A stretch of 64,000 nucleotides of DNA from an uncultured Methanosarcinaceae archaeon (GCA_963733675.1 CAVTET010000005.1:96001-160000); one strand, 5' to 3'; counted from the first letter of the stretch, positions 36,961 to 48,371 are shown. Notes: generated by a model from the letters alone, not told the origin. Program-made: numbers and translations.

Positions 36961-37815
36961 GGTTCCGTTGCAAAAAATCCTTTCTAATGGTACAATAGAA
37001 TAAAAAGAAAACCAAAGATAGTAACATGCTATCTAATTCCTTTAAATGGAAGCATTATGAAGGGGAAATTATCTTATTGAATGTAAGATGGTACTTAAAA
37101 TATGCATTAAGTTATAGAAATTTAAAGGAAATGATGGCGGAAAGGGGAGTAAAAGTCGACCATACAACAATCATGAGATGGGTACATCAATATTCCCCTG
37201 AAATAGAAAAGAAGATAAGAAGACATTTAAGACCAACAAATGATTCGTGGAGAGTTGATGAAACCTATATCAAAGTAAAAGGTAAATGGAAATATTTTTA
37301 CCGAGCAGTTGACTCAAATGGAGATACAATTGATTTCATGTTAAGTTCAAAACGAGATAGAAAGGCAGCGAAGAGATTCTTTAAGAAAGCTTTAAGTTCT
37401 AATCATAATCAAATTCCACGAGTAATAACCGTTGATAAGAATCCAGCTTACCCACCTGCTATAGATAAACTGAAAAATGATAAAATACTACCTAAAAACG
37501 TAGGCATTCGACAAATTAAGTATTTGAATAACATTATAGAACAAGATCACAGATCTATAAAGCGAATCGTTAATCCAATGTTAGGATTTCAGTCTTTTCG
37601 ATCTGCTAATAAAACCTTAAAAGGAATTGAAGCTATGAATATGATCAAAAAAGGACAAGTAATCGATCTAAATTACTCTGTTCTTAATGAAGTCAAATAC
37701 ATTAATCAATTATTTGGTATAGCTTTATAATGTTAGTACATTTTCCTTGAATGTTTTGATTTTTATTAATTACTTATAGATTTACATATTTTGTTGAAGT
37801 TTTTGCAACGGAACC
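36961..37815 (+). mobile_element. IS6-family element, copy 2 (intact)
   Basis: 855 bp; IRs GGTTCCGTTGCAAAAA at both ends. Confidence 0.97.
37026..37730 (+). CDS. IS6-family DDE transposase
   Basis: WRVDETY, TVDK and NNIIEQDHR triad motifs; 234 aa. Confidence 0.95.
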   Translation: MLSNSFKWKHYEGEIILLNVRWYLKYALSYRNLKEMMAERGVKVDHTTIMRWVHQYSPEIEKKIRRHLRPTNDSWRVDETYIKVKGKWKYFYRAVDSNGDTIDFMLSSKRDRKAAKRFFKKALSSNHNQIPRVITVDKNPAYPPAIDKLKNDKILPKNVGIRQIKYLNNIIEQDHRSIKRIVNPMLGFQSFRSANKTLKGIEAMNMIKKGQVIDLNYSVLNEVKYINQLFGIAL

Positions 37816-38157
37816 TATTTTACTCCTGCCGTTGACATCATGGACAGAGAACACAATCTTGTGGTAACTATCGACCTGCCAGAAATTAATAAAGAGGATA
37901 TTGAGATAAACATTAAAGAAGACATGCTGGAGATAAGTGCAAAGACCGGGAAGGAAAAAGAAACAGAAGAGGAAGGATATATTCGTAAGGAAAAAATATA
38001 CTTGCTTTTTCCGAACTGTCCACCTGCCCACCAGCGTTAAAAGAGAATAAAAGCACTGCAAAAATTGAAACTGGGATCCTGAAGATAACACTTCCGAAAA
38101 TGAAGATGGGAAAGCCAATAAAAAAAATATAGATAAAATAATATTCAAGAGATAGAT
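37816..38157 (+). pseudogene. Hsp20/alpha-crystallin, 5'-truncated by IS6 and frameshifted
   Basis: TPAVDIMDREHNLVVTIDLPEINKEDIEI...GILKITLPK. Confidence 0.8.
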
Positions 38158-38249
38158 CACCTGAAAAACAATCTAGGACTTACGCAGTTGAACTGAGCAA
38201 TTAATAGCTTGAACCTTTAACTATATAAATGTGAATTTAAACCACAACT

Positions 38250-38700
38250 CTAATGTACTTGATTATACACCTCATTTGATACAGTCAAATTGTATCTCAT
38301 TCTCACGAATTTTAAGTGGCATGGAGCAGACATTTCCGTATTTGTTGCATTTAATGCATTTTTCTTTTGTGAGTCTCAGCTAATATATCTTCCCACCGAG
38401 CAGATACTGAACTTTTCCAATAAGACAAAACGAACACCGTTCCTTCTGGCTCAGGTAACTGCCAAGAAGGACTGCAATTGTTATTATTACAAGCCTATTT
38501 ATGAATCCACTTTGAGCAAGTGAATTAGAATTATCTGGGTTTAAACGCCATTTAATTTAGGAAGGAGAAGGTAAAATCCTTTCCAATGTGGACCAGATTA
38601 ATTTCTTAGCTTACAACAGTGTCATGAAAATAATTAAACAGGCAAAAATGGCAGATTTAGGAAGCTGTTTTCCTTCTGGTGAAATGGATGATTGTTCACT
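38250..38700 (-). pseudogene. 4Fe-4S-binding membrane protein remnant
   Basis: RCSFCLIG...KCIKCNK.GNVCSM...DCIK with stops. Confidence 0.55.
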
Positions 38701-38827
38701 TGAGCACCTATTGAAATAATAAATTTTGGAATTGGATATTAAGAGGAATTAACGGAATGTGCGTCCTTGAAGAGACTGGAATTAAAATTGAGACGAACCC
38801 TATTTCTAGAATTATGGAGTACAAACA

Positions 38828-39514
38828 ATGACAGAAATGCGAGACGAGCAGAGGTTCAAGCTTACTGTAATATATGATAATGCAGCGAATCAGGATTTTG
38901 CAGCAAGTTTGGGATTTGCAGTCCTAGTTGAAACAAACCGCGAACTCCTTCTTTTCGATACCGGATAAGATGGAACCCTTCTGCTAAAACATATGAAGAA
39001 ACTTAATATTAATCCGAAAGATATAATAAGACTTGTTCTTTCTCACCAGCATTGGGATCATATAGGCGGCCTTCCTGAGATTCTTCAGGCAAATCCCGAA
39101 CTTAAGGTCTATGTACCTGCGTCCTTTTCTAAAAACTTGAAAACAGAAATTGAAAAAAGAGCTAATCTTATTGAAATAAAAGAATCTGTTGAAATCTCTA
39201 AGGGTGTTAGGAGTACAGGGGAACTTGGAGATAATATCAAAGAATAGGCCCTGATTCTGGATACTGGAAATGGATGTTATGTGCTTACAGGCTACGTTCA
39301 TCCTGGCCTTGCCACAATCATTGATAATGCTCTAGTTTACTGGAATATTCTGGGAATTTTTAGAGGGTTTCACGATAGTAGAGAGTTTGAGAGACGTTCA
39401 GGGCTGGAAATCATAGCTGTAGGGCACTGTACTGCTCACAAAGAAAAACTAAAAGAGAGATTTCCTTCGGAATTCATTGAAATCAAAGTTGGTTTATGCC
39501 TAGATTTGAAATGA
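38828..39514 (+). pseudogene. MBL-fold metallohydrolase
   Basis: LFDTG, SHQHWDHIGG and GHCT motifs; in-frame TAA (about 38966) and TAG (39245). Confidence 0.85.
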
Positions 39515-39853
39515 ATAGACATTAAATAAAAAATTCGCTTTTACTCTTTATATGTTTTTGCACTAAAATTATGGTGGTCCTATATTATTTGGTTAATGTT
39601 ATTTCCAAAACTCCTCTTTAATGCTGTCTCCAATCATTTTTGTTTTGAACTTCGGTGCAGCTAGAACAAAATATCAAATTTTAACTTAAATGTATATCTT
39701 CAAGCAAAGAATACACAATAAGAAAACGGTGTGAATGGCCGGTGTTTTTAATACACCTGCTATCTCCCTGCACTGGAACCGATGGGAAGTCAGAAAGATA
39801 GCAAATTTGCCAGAATGAAAAAATTATGTTAAATCCTTCAACTTTTATTTCGC

Positions 39854-40705
39854 TTATTTTTCTTCTAAGGTTTTTTCTACCGCATTCACAACATACTCAA
39901 AGTTCTTCTGCCACTCCGTGTTGTGTTCAAGTAGTTTCTGGAGAATTGTGCCCTTATCTTCCATTTCTGCGACTTTTGGTTCTATCGGAAGCCTTGCTAG
40001 AATAGGAATGTTGAAATCTGTTGAGGCTTTTTCGACACCACCAGTTCCGAAAACTTCTATTGATTTGACACAATGAGGGCAGATCAGACCATGCATGTTG
40101 TCGACAAGCCCTATAATAGGCACCTTGAGTTTCTCAGAAAATCTAATTGATTTGCGGACGCTGATGAGAGCTACATCCTGAGGAGTTGTAACAAGTATTG
40201 AACCGTCACAATTGGGAATCAGCTGAGCTACGCTAAGGGGTTCATCTCCTGTGCCTGGAGGCAGATCTATAATCAGAAAGTCAAGTTCTCCCCAGAGAAC
40301 ATCTTCCAGGAACTGTTGGATAATCCCCATTTTTGCAGGTCCCCTCCAGATGATAGGTGAATCTTTATTTTCAAGCAGAAAACCAACAGACATCACCGAA
40401 AGATTGGGAAGGACCTGAATTGGCAGTATGCCCTCTTCGTTAATAGCTAGTCTCTCAGATTCCAAACCGAAAATTGTGGGAATAGTTGGGCCGTGGATAT
40501 CACAGTCCATAAGTCCCACTTTATATCCACGCAGAGACAGTCCAATAGATAGATTTGCAGCAACTGTGCTTTTCCCTACTCCCCCTTTACCGCTCATTAT
40601 CATGATCTTATGTCTGATGCGCCTGAGGTTAACTATTATTTTTGGTTCTTGGGGCTTTTTAAATAAGCTTTCCAGTGGTTGAACTTGATCTGTCATTTTA
40701 ATCAC
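39854..40705 (-). CDS. mrp: Mrp/NBP35 Fe-S carrier ATPase
   Basis: SGKGGVGKS, DLPPGTGD and CPHC motifs. Confidence 0.92.
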   Translation of the reverse strand: MIKMTDQVQPLESLFKKPQEPKIIVNLRRIRHKIMIMSGKGGVGKSTVAANLSIGLSLRGYKVGLMDCDIHGPTIPTIFGLESERLAINEEGILPIQVLPNLSVMSVGFLLENKDSPIIWRGPAKMGIIQQFLEDVLWGELDFLIIDLPPGTGDEPLSVAQLIPNCDGSILVTTPQDVALISVRKSIRFSEKLKVPIIGLVDNMHGLICPHCVKSIEVFGTGGVEKASTDFNIPILARLPIEPKVAEMEDKGTILQKLLEHNTEWQKNFEYVVNAVEKTLEEK

Positions 40706-40789
40706 CTGTTTAAAATTTCCGCTTTTTGGACTTGGAATGCGAAGTGGTAGATGTGCAAGTACTTATTCCCATTGTTGAGGAGATTTTAA

Positions 40790-41722
40790 TTAAAATTTCT
40801 TCATTTCAAGGATTTTCATCCTTTTCTGTTTATCCGGGATATCCAAAAGCTTTTCTTCTACCTTAGCCCAGATTTCTCTGACCTGATTTGCAAATTCATT
40901 TTCGTTTGCGTGTTCACTGTTTTTAGCATACTCTATCACAGTTTGTTCCTGAAGCATCGCCTTCGTTGCAATGTCGTCATAAGGAAGCCTGCCAAGTACC
41001 GGTATTCCCAGCTCTGTACAGAATTTTTCAATCAACCGGGTATTCTCCTCATTTATGTCATACTTGTTGATGCAGACAACAGCCGGGATCTGGAAGTGCG
41101 TAGCAAGCTCGAGGACTCTTTTCATGTCATGGATTCCGGAAACAGTTGGTTCGTTTACCACCAAGACCAGGTCTGTCCCTGTAATGGCTGCAATAGTGGA
41201 ACAGCCTGTCCCAGGAGGGCTGTCAATGATGATTAGATCCTTACAATACTGCTCAGCAAGTTTTTTTGCGTTGCTTCGGACAGCGCTTACAAGTTTTCCG
41301 CTTGCTTCTTCCCAGATGCCAAGACGTGCGTGAGCCAGGGGCCCAAAGCGGGTTTCAGAGGAAAAAAACTGGCCTGATATCCGTTTTCCCATGGAAACTG
41401 CTCCTTTTGAACAGACAATTGTGCAGACAGCACAGCCCTCGCAACTGTAAGGATCAACTTCAAGGTTTTCAGTTACCGCTCCATACCTGCAAAATTCTCT
41501 GCATTTTCCACATTCTATACAGAGTTCCGAGTCGATCCTGGCAACCTCAAGGCCGTAGTAGTCCTCTTTTATCAAAACCCTGGGTTTCAAGATCAGGTGC
41601 ATATCAGCTGCGTCCACGTCGCAGTCTGCAATAACAGCATTTTCCGCAAGCGAGGCAAAAGCTGCCGCAAGGGTAGTCTTACCAGTTCCCCCCTTTCCGC
41701 TGATAACAGTAATCTGCTTCAT
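40790..41722 (-). CDS. MinD-like P-loop ATPase with 2x[4Fe-4S]
   Basis: SGKGGTGKT, DCDVDA and two CxxCxxC motifs. Confidence 0.88.
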   Translation of the reverse strand: MKQITVISGKGGTGKTTLAAAFASLAENAVIADCDVDAADMHLILKPRVLIKEDYYGLEVARIDSELCIECGKCREFCRYGAVTENLEVDPYSCEGCAVCTIVCSKGAVSMGKRISGQFFSSETRFGPLAHARLGIWEEASGKLVSAVRSNAKKLAEQYCKDLIIIDSPPGTGCSTIAAITGTDLVLVVNEPTVSGIHDMKRVLELATHFQIPAVVCINKYDINEENTRLIEKFCTELGIPVLGRLPYDDIATKAMLQEQTVIEYAKNSEHANENEFANQVREIWAKVEEKLLDIPDKQKRMKILEMKKF

Positions 41723-42577
41723 GTTCTCTCTTCCTTTCCACCTGTAAGCTGGGATTTTATTTTTTCAAACATGCAAAGAAACTTCTCATTCCATTCTGGC
41801 ATTTCCCGAACAAAGGGAATTCCCCTGGAATAGAGTTCTGCAATCTTGCGGTCATTTGGAATCTGGAGGAGAATCGGAATTCCTTCGGTTTTACAGTATT
41901 CTTCAACCTTTGAATCCCCTAAACCATATCGGTTAATGATCACTCCGAAGGGGATTTTTATCGCCCTTACTACGTCTATGGCAAGCTTAAGGTCATGGAA
42001 ACCAAAGGGTGTAGATTCGGTCACAAGCACACAGTAATCCATGCCCTCAATTGTGGAAATGACCGAGCAGGCAGTTCCCGGCGGAGCATCGATAATTGCA
42101 GTTTTCCGATTATCAATGTGCTGTTGGAGTTTTTTGATAACAGCCGATACCATCGTTTCCCCGATGTTTAAAAGCCCCCTGTAAAATACCGGTAAACTTC
42201 CTTCTTTTGCCCTTTCGATCATCCCAATAGCCCTCTGAGATTCTCGAATTGCTTTTTCTAGAGGATATTACAGCCCCCGCAGCCATGGCAGAGAGAAGGA
42301 AAAACAAAACTTTGGTAGGAAGTGTAGCCATGGCGTTATAGCGGCAAAAGTCTGAACACTGTCTACATAGGCTGCATTTTTCAGGATCGATTACAGGCAC
42401 TGAGCAGACGACATCTTCCACTTTCTCAAGCTCAAAGCCAAGGAAGAGATTACAGTTTGGCTCTTCTACATCGCAGTCAAAAAGCTGCACATCTGAAAGA
42501 GCAAGAGCAAGATTTAAGGAAACTATGGTCTTCCCAGTTCCTCCTTTCCCACTTGCAAACTCAATTTTCATATTCAA
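41719..42577 (-). pseudogene. Second MinD-like 4Fe-4S ATPase, frameshifted
   Basis: ASGKGGTGKT and DCDVEEPN in one ORF, DAPPGTAC in another. Confidence 0.85.
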
Positions 42578-42585
42578 TCTCCATT

Positions 42586-42942
42586 TTATTCCGTAGGTGC
42601 TGTGATTTCTTCAAGGTCCCAGACCCCATCAAGGATGTCTCCGGCAGTATTTGCCCCTTATGGAGTTCACATAATTTTTATAAAATTATCCCAAAGCATG
42701 TGGAATGGGCACATTCCGACACTTCTTATCGCGAGGGCGTTCGCCTTTTCTCGAATAATTAGTTCCACAGCTTTCAAGCCTCTTTTATTCTCAGAATTGA
42801 AAGATAAGTTTTCAAGAATTTTCCAATTTCAGATCTTGCCTTCTTCAATTTCTACAAAGAGAAAATAAGGGGCTTTTCCAAAGTGCTGTTCAACAAGTCC
42901 ATCCAAACATTTTTCATCTCTTGTAGGAATGCTTACTTTCAT
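42586..42942 (-). pseudogene. NifB/NifX-family protein, frameshifted
   Basis: MKVSIPT...VEQHFGKAPYFLFV, then broken frames. Confidence 0.7.
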
Positions 42943-43093
42943 CTGATCACGTGTACCCTTTTATTGTTCTCCTGGTTTAGTAAGGTTTATTGCTTGTGTT
43001 AATTTGTACTATCGAGATTATTTGTTTCGTAGATTCGCATTTTTACTGTTAAACTTATCACGATTAGCACTTATCTGTCCTTAACATTCCTTT

Positions 43094-43474
43094 TTACATT
43101 CCACTACCTTTTTTCATACCGGAGTGAGGAGCACTATTTGGACTGCATATTGATTCAAGTTCTCCAGCTTCATACTGGCTAATAGCTTCCCTAACCGTAC
43201 CTTTTGCTCCGACTTGGACATCAATTCCGACTTCTGCGAAAATAGAAAAGGCATTCGGACCCACAAAGCCTGTTAAGAGTACCTTAACCCCTGCGTTTGT
43301 GATAGCTTCGGCTGCCTTGATCCCTGCACCACCAGAAACTTCTGAACTCGTATTTGAGATGGATTCTACAGATTTGGTTTCAGTGTCATAGATTACAAAG
43401 TAGCTGCATCTCCCTACTCGGGAGTCCACTGTGGAATCGAGCCCTTCACCACTAGCTGTTATGCCAACCTTCAT
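43094..43474 (-). CDS. NifB/NifX-family protein
   Basis: VDSRVGRC.YFVIYD, GAGI.AA and GPNA motifs. Confidence 0.85.
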   Translation of the reverse strand: MKVGITASGEGLDSTVDSRVGRCSYFVIYDTETKSVESISNTSSEVSGGAGIKAAEAITNAGVKVLLTGFVGPNAFSIFAEVGIDVQVGAKGTVREAISQYEAGELESICSPNSAPHSGMKKGSGM

Positions 43475-43534
43475 TCTTCTTGCCCAGTCTGTTGATAGTC
43501 AAGCGTTTTAATACATCGTTATGTGCACCAGCAG

Positions 43535-44023
43535 TTATTTCCTGACCATTGAAGTCCCGCACTTTTCACACTTCATCTCGATGCAAGGCACCCCCGGCTT
43601 GTGAGGTATCTCGTGTTCGCATTTGGGACATTTGCAAGTCCCTTCCGGGCCGCTATTACCCCCTCCTCTATTCCTACCTCGTCCCCTGCCTACACCAGGT
43701 CCGTTACCTACCGGACCAATACCGTCTTTTCCTGGCATCCTGTAATTTCCTCCTTCAATTTTTATTGACTTTCCATAAATAAATGCTTCAGTTATTTTCT
43801 CAAGTGCTCTTCTGAGTGCCCTTTGAAAAGTAGATTGATGAACGCCCATGCGCTCAGCCGCCTCAATTTGGAATAAATTTTCCAGAAAGCTGAGCCTCAT
43901 GGCTTCAAGTTCGTCAACTGTCAGGACTATTTCCCCAAAATTGCTTTCTTTACAATCCTCAGGTTTGAAGTGCCTCAGATGATGTTCAAAACTCACCATT
44001 CTTATTTTCCTTGGGCGCACCAT
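43535..44023 (-). CDS. DUF134 HTH protein with Gly-rich and Cys-rich tail
   Basis: MVRPRK.R, DELEAMRL and C.CPKC...PC...CEKC motifs. Confidence 0.88.
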   Translation of the reverse strand: MVRPRKIRMVSFEHHLRHFKPEDCKESNFGEIVLTVDELEAMRLSFLENLFQIEAAERMGVHQSTFQRALRRALEKITEAFIYGKSIKIEGGNYRMPGKDGIGPVGNGPGVGRGRGRNRGGGNSGPEGTCKCPKCEHEIPHKPGVPCIEMKCEKCGTSMVRK

Positions 44024-44104
44024 TATGCATCAATATGCATAATCCGGTATATATCAGTTATCCTATAAGAAAATGTCAGGAAGGAAAACCAGAACAGGAT
44101 AAAG

Positions 44105-44959
44105 GGTTCCGTTGCAAAAACTTCAACAAAATATGTAAATCTATAAGTGATTAATAAAAATCAAAACATTCAAGGAAAATGTACTAACATTACAAAACTA
44201 TACCAAATAATTGATTAATGTATTTGACTTCATTAAGAACAGAGTAATTTAGATCGATTACTTGTCCTTTTTTGATCATATTCATAGCTTCAATTCCTTT
44301 TAAGGTTTTATTAGCAGATAGAAAAGACTGAAATCCTAACATTGGATTAACGATTTGCTTTAGAGATCTGTGATCTTGTTCTATAATGTTATTCAAATAC
44401 TTGATTTGTCGAATGCCTACGTTTTTAGGTAGTATTTTATCATTTTTCAGTTCATCTATAGCAGGTGGATAAGCTGGATTCTTATCAACTGTTATTACCT
44501 TCGGAATTTGATTATGATTAGAACTTAAAGCTTTCTTAAAGAATCTCTTCGCTGCCTTTCTATCTCGTTTTGAACTTAACATGAAATCAATTGTATCTCC
44601 ATTTGAGTCAACTGTTCGGTAAAAATATTTCCATTTACCTTTTACTTTGATATAGGTTTCATCAACTCTCCACGAATCATTTGTTGGTCTTAAATGCTTT
44701 ATGATCTTCTTTTAGATTTCAGGGGAATATTGATGCACCCATCTCATTCTAGTACTGTGATCAACTTGAATTCCCCTTTCTGCCATCATTTCCTTTAAAT
44801 TTCTATAACTTAATGCATATTTTAAGTACCATCTTACATTCAATAAGATAATTTCCCCTTCATAATGCTTCCATTTAAAGGAATTAGATAGCATGTTACT
44901 ATCTTTGGTTTTCTTTTTATTCTATTGTACCATTAGAAAGGATTTTTTGCAACGGAACC
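44105..44959 (-). mobile_element. IS6-family element, copy 3 (nonsense-inactivated)
   Basis: 855 bp with IRs; TAA at 44712-44714, the same codon as in copy 1. Confidence 0.95.
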
Positions 44960-45226
44960 ACAAAAAGAACTGCCATAGAAATAGCCAGTACCTTTTTAAT
45001 TCGAATAGAAGATTGATTCAACATTTATTTCACCTAATTTATTTTTCCATCATTTTTTTACTCAAATTTATCTGTTATATAAAAATCGATATTAACCAAC
45101 TGATTTTTTGTAGGTTGAATAGTTACATCTTTTATTTTATGTTCTAGTATACTTTATCTGATTAAATCACATGCGATATAATGCGTGTTTTATTCATGAC
45201 ATTATTTTAGAAACATTCTAAATTTT

Positions 45227-46165
45227 TTATAATATATTTACTGATATCGGCAAATTTGCAACAAAGTTTGCATCTTTCATACCTTTCCTGACAGATTGCA
45301 CTACAGCCGGTTTCACTCCCGCTCTTCTGGCAATATCGTCATCTTTTAAGCCGCTCTTCCTGATGCCACAGAGGATGTCGTCCAACTTTAGATAAGATAA
45401 ACCAATTAACTTTTCGTTAGGCATGCTGTCCCCAAACAGGTCAGCAGAAGATGTCTTGTTTACGATGTGATCAGGTACCCCAATGTGCTTTGCCAGTTGT
45501 TTTATCTGTGTTTTGTATAGGTGCGACATGATAGAAATGTCACAGGCACCATCGCCATACCGGTCGTACACTCCCATAGTTAACTCGGAATTGTCATCGG
45601 TGCCCACTAAAAGACAATTTTTGAGAGTGGCATGGAAATACAATACCGTCATCCTTATGTGTAATTTTGCTCCCCCCACAGCCATAAAGTCCCTGACAGC
45701 TGGGGAACATGCACCGACAGTCGCCGTTTGGCTGAAATGCTCAGGCACCTTCTCACTGACTACGGTAACATTTTTACTTTTAAGGGTCTCCTCTATGAAC
45801 TTCCTGTCAGATGCCTTTTCGTGGGAAACGATGTCATACGCGCCCAGCTCTTTTAGAAACGGTGAGATAACGATTTTCTCATGGGGTATTCCAAGGCTCT
45901 TAGCCAAGTTCATACCATCATCGGTGTTCTGTGGCTTAGTGTCTCTATCGGGCAGTATAAGACCGTAAACCTTATCCTTGCCTAGTGCTTCAACACACAG
46001 GTATGCAACCGTCGATGAATCCAGTCCACCAGAAAGGCCGACCACTACACCATCTTTCCTAAAATTGTTTATCTGATTCCTAACAAATTCAACTATTTCT
46101 TTCCGGGCTTGTTCCGCGTCAAATTCCAGATATTCCGGAAAGCCTAATTTTTCTGTTTCTGTCAT
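45227..46165 (-). CDS. nadE: NH3-dependent NAD+ synthetase-like protein, divergent
   Basis: GLSGGLDS PP-loop, YGDG and LYKTQI motifs; RBS before ATG 46165. Confidence 0.8.
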   Translation of the reverse strand: MTETEKLGFPEYLEFDAEQARKEIVEFVRNQINNFRKDGVVVGLSGGLDSSTVAYLCVEALGKDKVYGLILPDRDTKPQNTDDGMNLAKSLGIPHEKIVISPFLKELGAYDIVSHEKASDRKFIEETLKSKNVTVVSEKVPEHFSQTATVGACSPAVRDFMAVGGAKLHIRMTVLYFHATLKNCLLVGTDDNSELTMGVYDRYGDGACDISIMSHLYKTQIKQLAKHIGVPDHIVNKTSSADLFGDSMPNEKLIGLSYLKLDDILCGIRKSGLKDDDIARRAGVKPAVVQSVRKGMKDANFVANLPISVNIL

Positions 46166-46284
46166 AAAACCATCTCCATATAGCTTCAATTTCCTCGCAC
46201 ATTGTATCTACAGCAGGACTCACGCACTTGGATATAAAATCAACATCAAAAGGCCAATAACTTTTTAATCCTGCTATAGATATA

Positions 46285-46465
46285 AATAAAACAGAAAAAT
46301 ATTTAAATCTGTTGTTACTATTGTGGTAACATGTATCAACAAATAAATCTTCAGTTAATTCGTAATCTTGAAAAGCTCGGGCTAACCGAAAATGAAGCAA
46401 AGGCATATGCAGGACTTGTGAGTTTGAGAGAAGCTACAGCTCGTGAAATTCATGAACTTACAAAT
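46285..46465 (+). repeat. 181-bp inverted duplicate of the trmB promoter and 5' end
   Basis: Reverse complement of 47771-47951, one mismatch seen (46457). Confidence 0.93.
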
Positions 46466-46489
46466 ATGTTAGTGGCAATAATAGATTAG
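46331..46489 (+). pseudogene. Truncated trmB copy (52 aa)
   Basis: First 45 codons match trmB, then MLVAIID*. Confidence 0.8.
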
Positions 46490-46917
46490 ATAACGTTTTT
46501 CAAATTTACAGCAAATTCACAAAACTGTCATTCATGGTCGTGTACCAAAAGTTCAGTAAAATCTTAATTGACTCTTTATTTTTCTTTTTCACCATAAAAC
46601 AAAATTTACTATCCATACCTAATGAATAAATTATACTAAAAATAATGTATTTTTGAGTTTTGAGCCTTATATTTACTCAAAAAGTGAAGCTAAAACCACT
46701 AAATATAAAGTTTTAATGTAAACTTATATATTTTAGCAAAATATTCTGCAGGGCTTAGTAAGCATTAAGACTCCAAGACAAAAGAAAACTGGATAAAGAT
46801 ATCGATAGGAGGAATTACAGGACACTGGAAGATCCTGTAAAAAGCTTGATATTATTCTTTATTATAGACATTGTAATTGATTCTATATCCAAAATGTGCT
46901 TTTTTTGCACTCTTTTG

Positions 46918-47079
46918 GGCTCTGTTGCAAAAATAATGTTTATGACATTTGCTACCATAATTCTTACTATTATATCGCATTTTTCCGGTTATTAGAGCGA
47001 TTAGTTTTTCCTTATTGTGAATGTTTACACTGATTTTGTAATAGAGCAAGATCTTCTCATAATTTTTCGCAATGGAACT
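46918..47079. mobile_element. IS6-derived MITE (family A)
   Basis: GGCTCTGTTGCAAAAATAAT ... TTTTCGCAATGGAAC; collinear with 1676-1824. Confidence 0.72.
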
Positions 47080-47134
47080 CTCATATAAGCATTATATATT
47101 TTGAGAAATTTAGGTAATTCCAACAAATAGGCTG

Positions 47135-47905
47135 TCAATTGTCTTCCATGATATAACTTGGCACAATTAGTCTTTCATATATAGCTTTTTGCAAATAAGC
47201 AATAATCGGCAAGTTAATTATCAAGCCTTCTCTTCGGTTTCCTGCTCTGTAAACTGTTATTGATACCTTTCCATCGGCAATCATAAAAAATTCTTCTTTA
47301 TACTGAACGCCTTCAATTGCAATTTTATTCATAAAACTTGTAAACTTTTTTGAAGTTTCTCTAAAATTAAGAGATATTGATGTGAACTTATCCAGTTTAT
47401 CAACGATAAGCTTTACACTACAAATTTTTTCCAATTTTTTTATCTCGGGCTCAAACTCCTGTAGAAATTCTGGATTGGTAGAATAGATAATCAACTCTTC
47501 CCTAATTCCGTCCATAATTTCACGTATACGGGTCTTCATTACACGGTCACTCTGAATATACCAAACCGGAGAACTTTTAGGGAGTTCATAGCTTAGTTCA
47601 TTGAGCTGGTTAAGTGTATCGATTGAGCAGTTTAAAAAATCGTCTCTTATTTCTTCGATTACCCCCTTAGGATCAACTGCTCGGAAATATGTTGGAGATC
47701 CCTGCCTCACTTCCAGATAGCCTTTTTTCGCAAGCGTGTTAAGGATCTCATAGATTTTGGCTCTCGGCACATTTGTAATTTCATGAATTTCACGAGCTGT
47801 AGCTTCTCTCAAACTCACAAGTCCTGCATATGCCTTTGCTTCATTTTCGGTTAGCCCGAGCTTTTCAAGATTACGAATTAACTGAAGATTTATTTGTTGA
47901 TACAT
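47135..47905 (-). CDS. TrmB-family transcriptional regulator
   Basis: LGLTENEAKAY...VPRAKIYEIL..L.KKG HTH plus C-terminal effector domain. Confidence 0.92.
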   Translation of the reverse strand: MYQQINLQLIRNLEKLGLTENEAKAYAGLVSLREATAREIHEITNVPRAKIYEILNTLAKKGYLEVRQGSPTYFRAVDPKGVIEEIRDDFLNCSIDTLNQLNELSYELPKSSPVWYIQSDRVMKTRIREIMDGIREELIIYSTNPEFLQEFEPEIKKLEKICSVKLIVDKLDKFTSISLNFRETSKKFTSFMNKIAIEGVQYKEEFFMIADGKVSITVYRAGNRREGLIINLPIIAYLQKAIYERLIVPSYIMEDN

Positions 47906-47936
47906 GTTACCACAATAGTAACAACAGATTTAAATA
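47905..47936. promoter_or_regulatory. Palindrome TGTTAC-N7-GTAACA at the trmB start plus ATTTAAAT TATA-like box
   Basis: Perfect 6+6 palindrome at 47905-47923, also at 46313-46331; function inferred. Confidence 0.55.
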
Positions 47937-48007
47937 TTTTTCTGTTTTATTGTCTGTATCCTAAAAGTTCAAACTAATTATGTAGGACACCTATAGTGGT
48001 GATTTCT

Positions 48008-48358
48008 TTGAAATATATAATCGCAGTTATAAGACCCGAGAAGCTTGATACAGTCAAAAAAAAGCTTCAGGAAGTTGAAGTAGATGGACTTACAGTGTCA
48101 TCTGTTTCAGGCTACGGTTCCCAGAGAGGATATTTGGAATTTGATAGAAATAAAGCTCAAAATTACGAAGCACACCTGCTTGAAATGATCAAACTTGAAA
48201 TTGCAGTTAATGATTTTCGTCTTCAAATGACGAATGACGCAATCAAGAGCGGAGCTAAAGACGAAGAAGGCTATGTTGGGAGCGGAAAAATATTCATATT
48301 GCCTTTAGAGAATGCAATCAGAATTCGCACTAATGAAAACAGATACGATGCTATTTGA
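48008..48358 (+). CDS. glnK: P-II nitrogen regulatory protein
   Basis: IRPEKL, V.GYG.QRG and G.GKIFI...IRIRT motifs; followed by amt start. Confidence 0.9.
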   Translation: MKYIIAVIRPEKLDTVKKKLQEVEVDGLTVSSVSGYGSQRGYLEFDRNKAQNYEAHLLEMIKLEIAVNDFRLQMTNDAIKSGAKDEEGYVGSGKIFILPLENAIRIRTNENRYDAI

Positions 48359-48371
48359 GTGGTGATCGAAA

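Noticed and set aside
36961-44959. Composite transposon carrying the Fe-S operon
   Set aside because: The IS6 copies are inverted with no flanking duplication, and the cargo looks native; rearrangement is more likely.
47905-47923. Palindrome as a GlnR/TnrA box
   Set aside because: Half-sites resemble TGTNA/TNACA but the spacing is 9 rather than 7; local TrmB is the simpler candidate.
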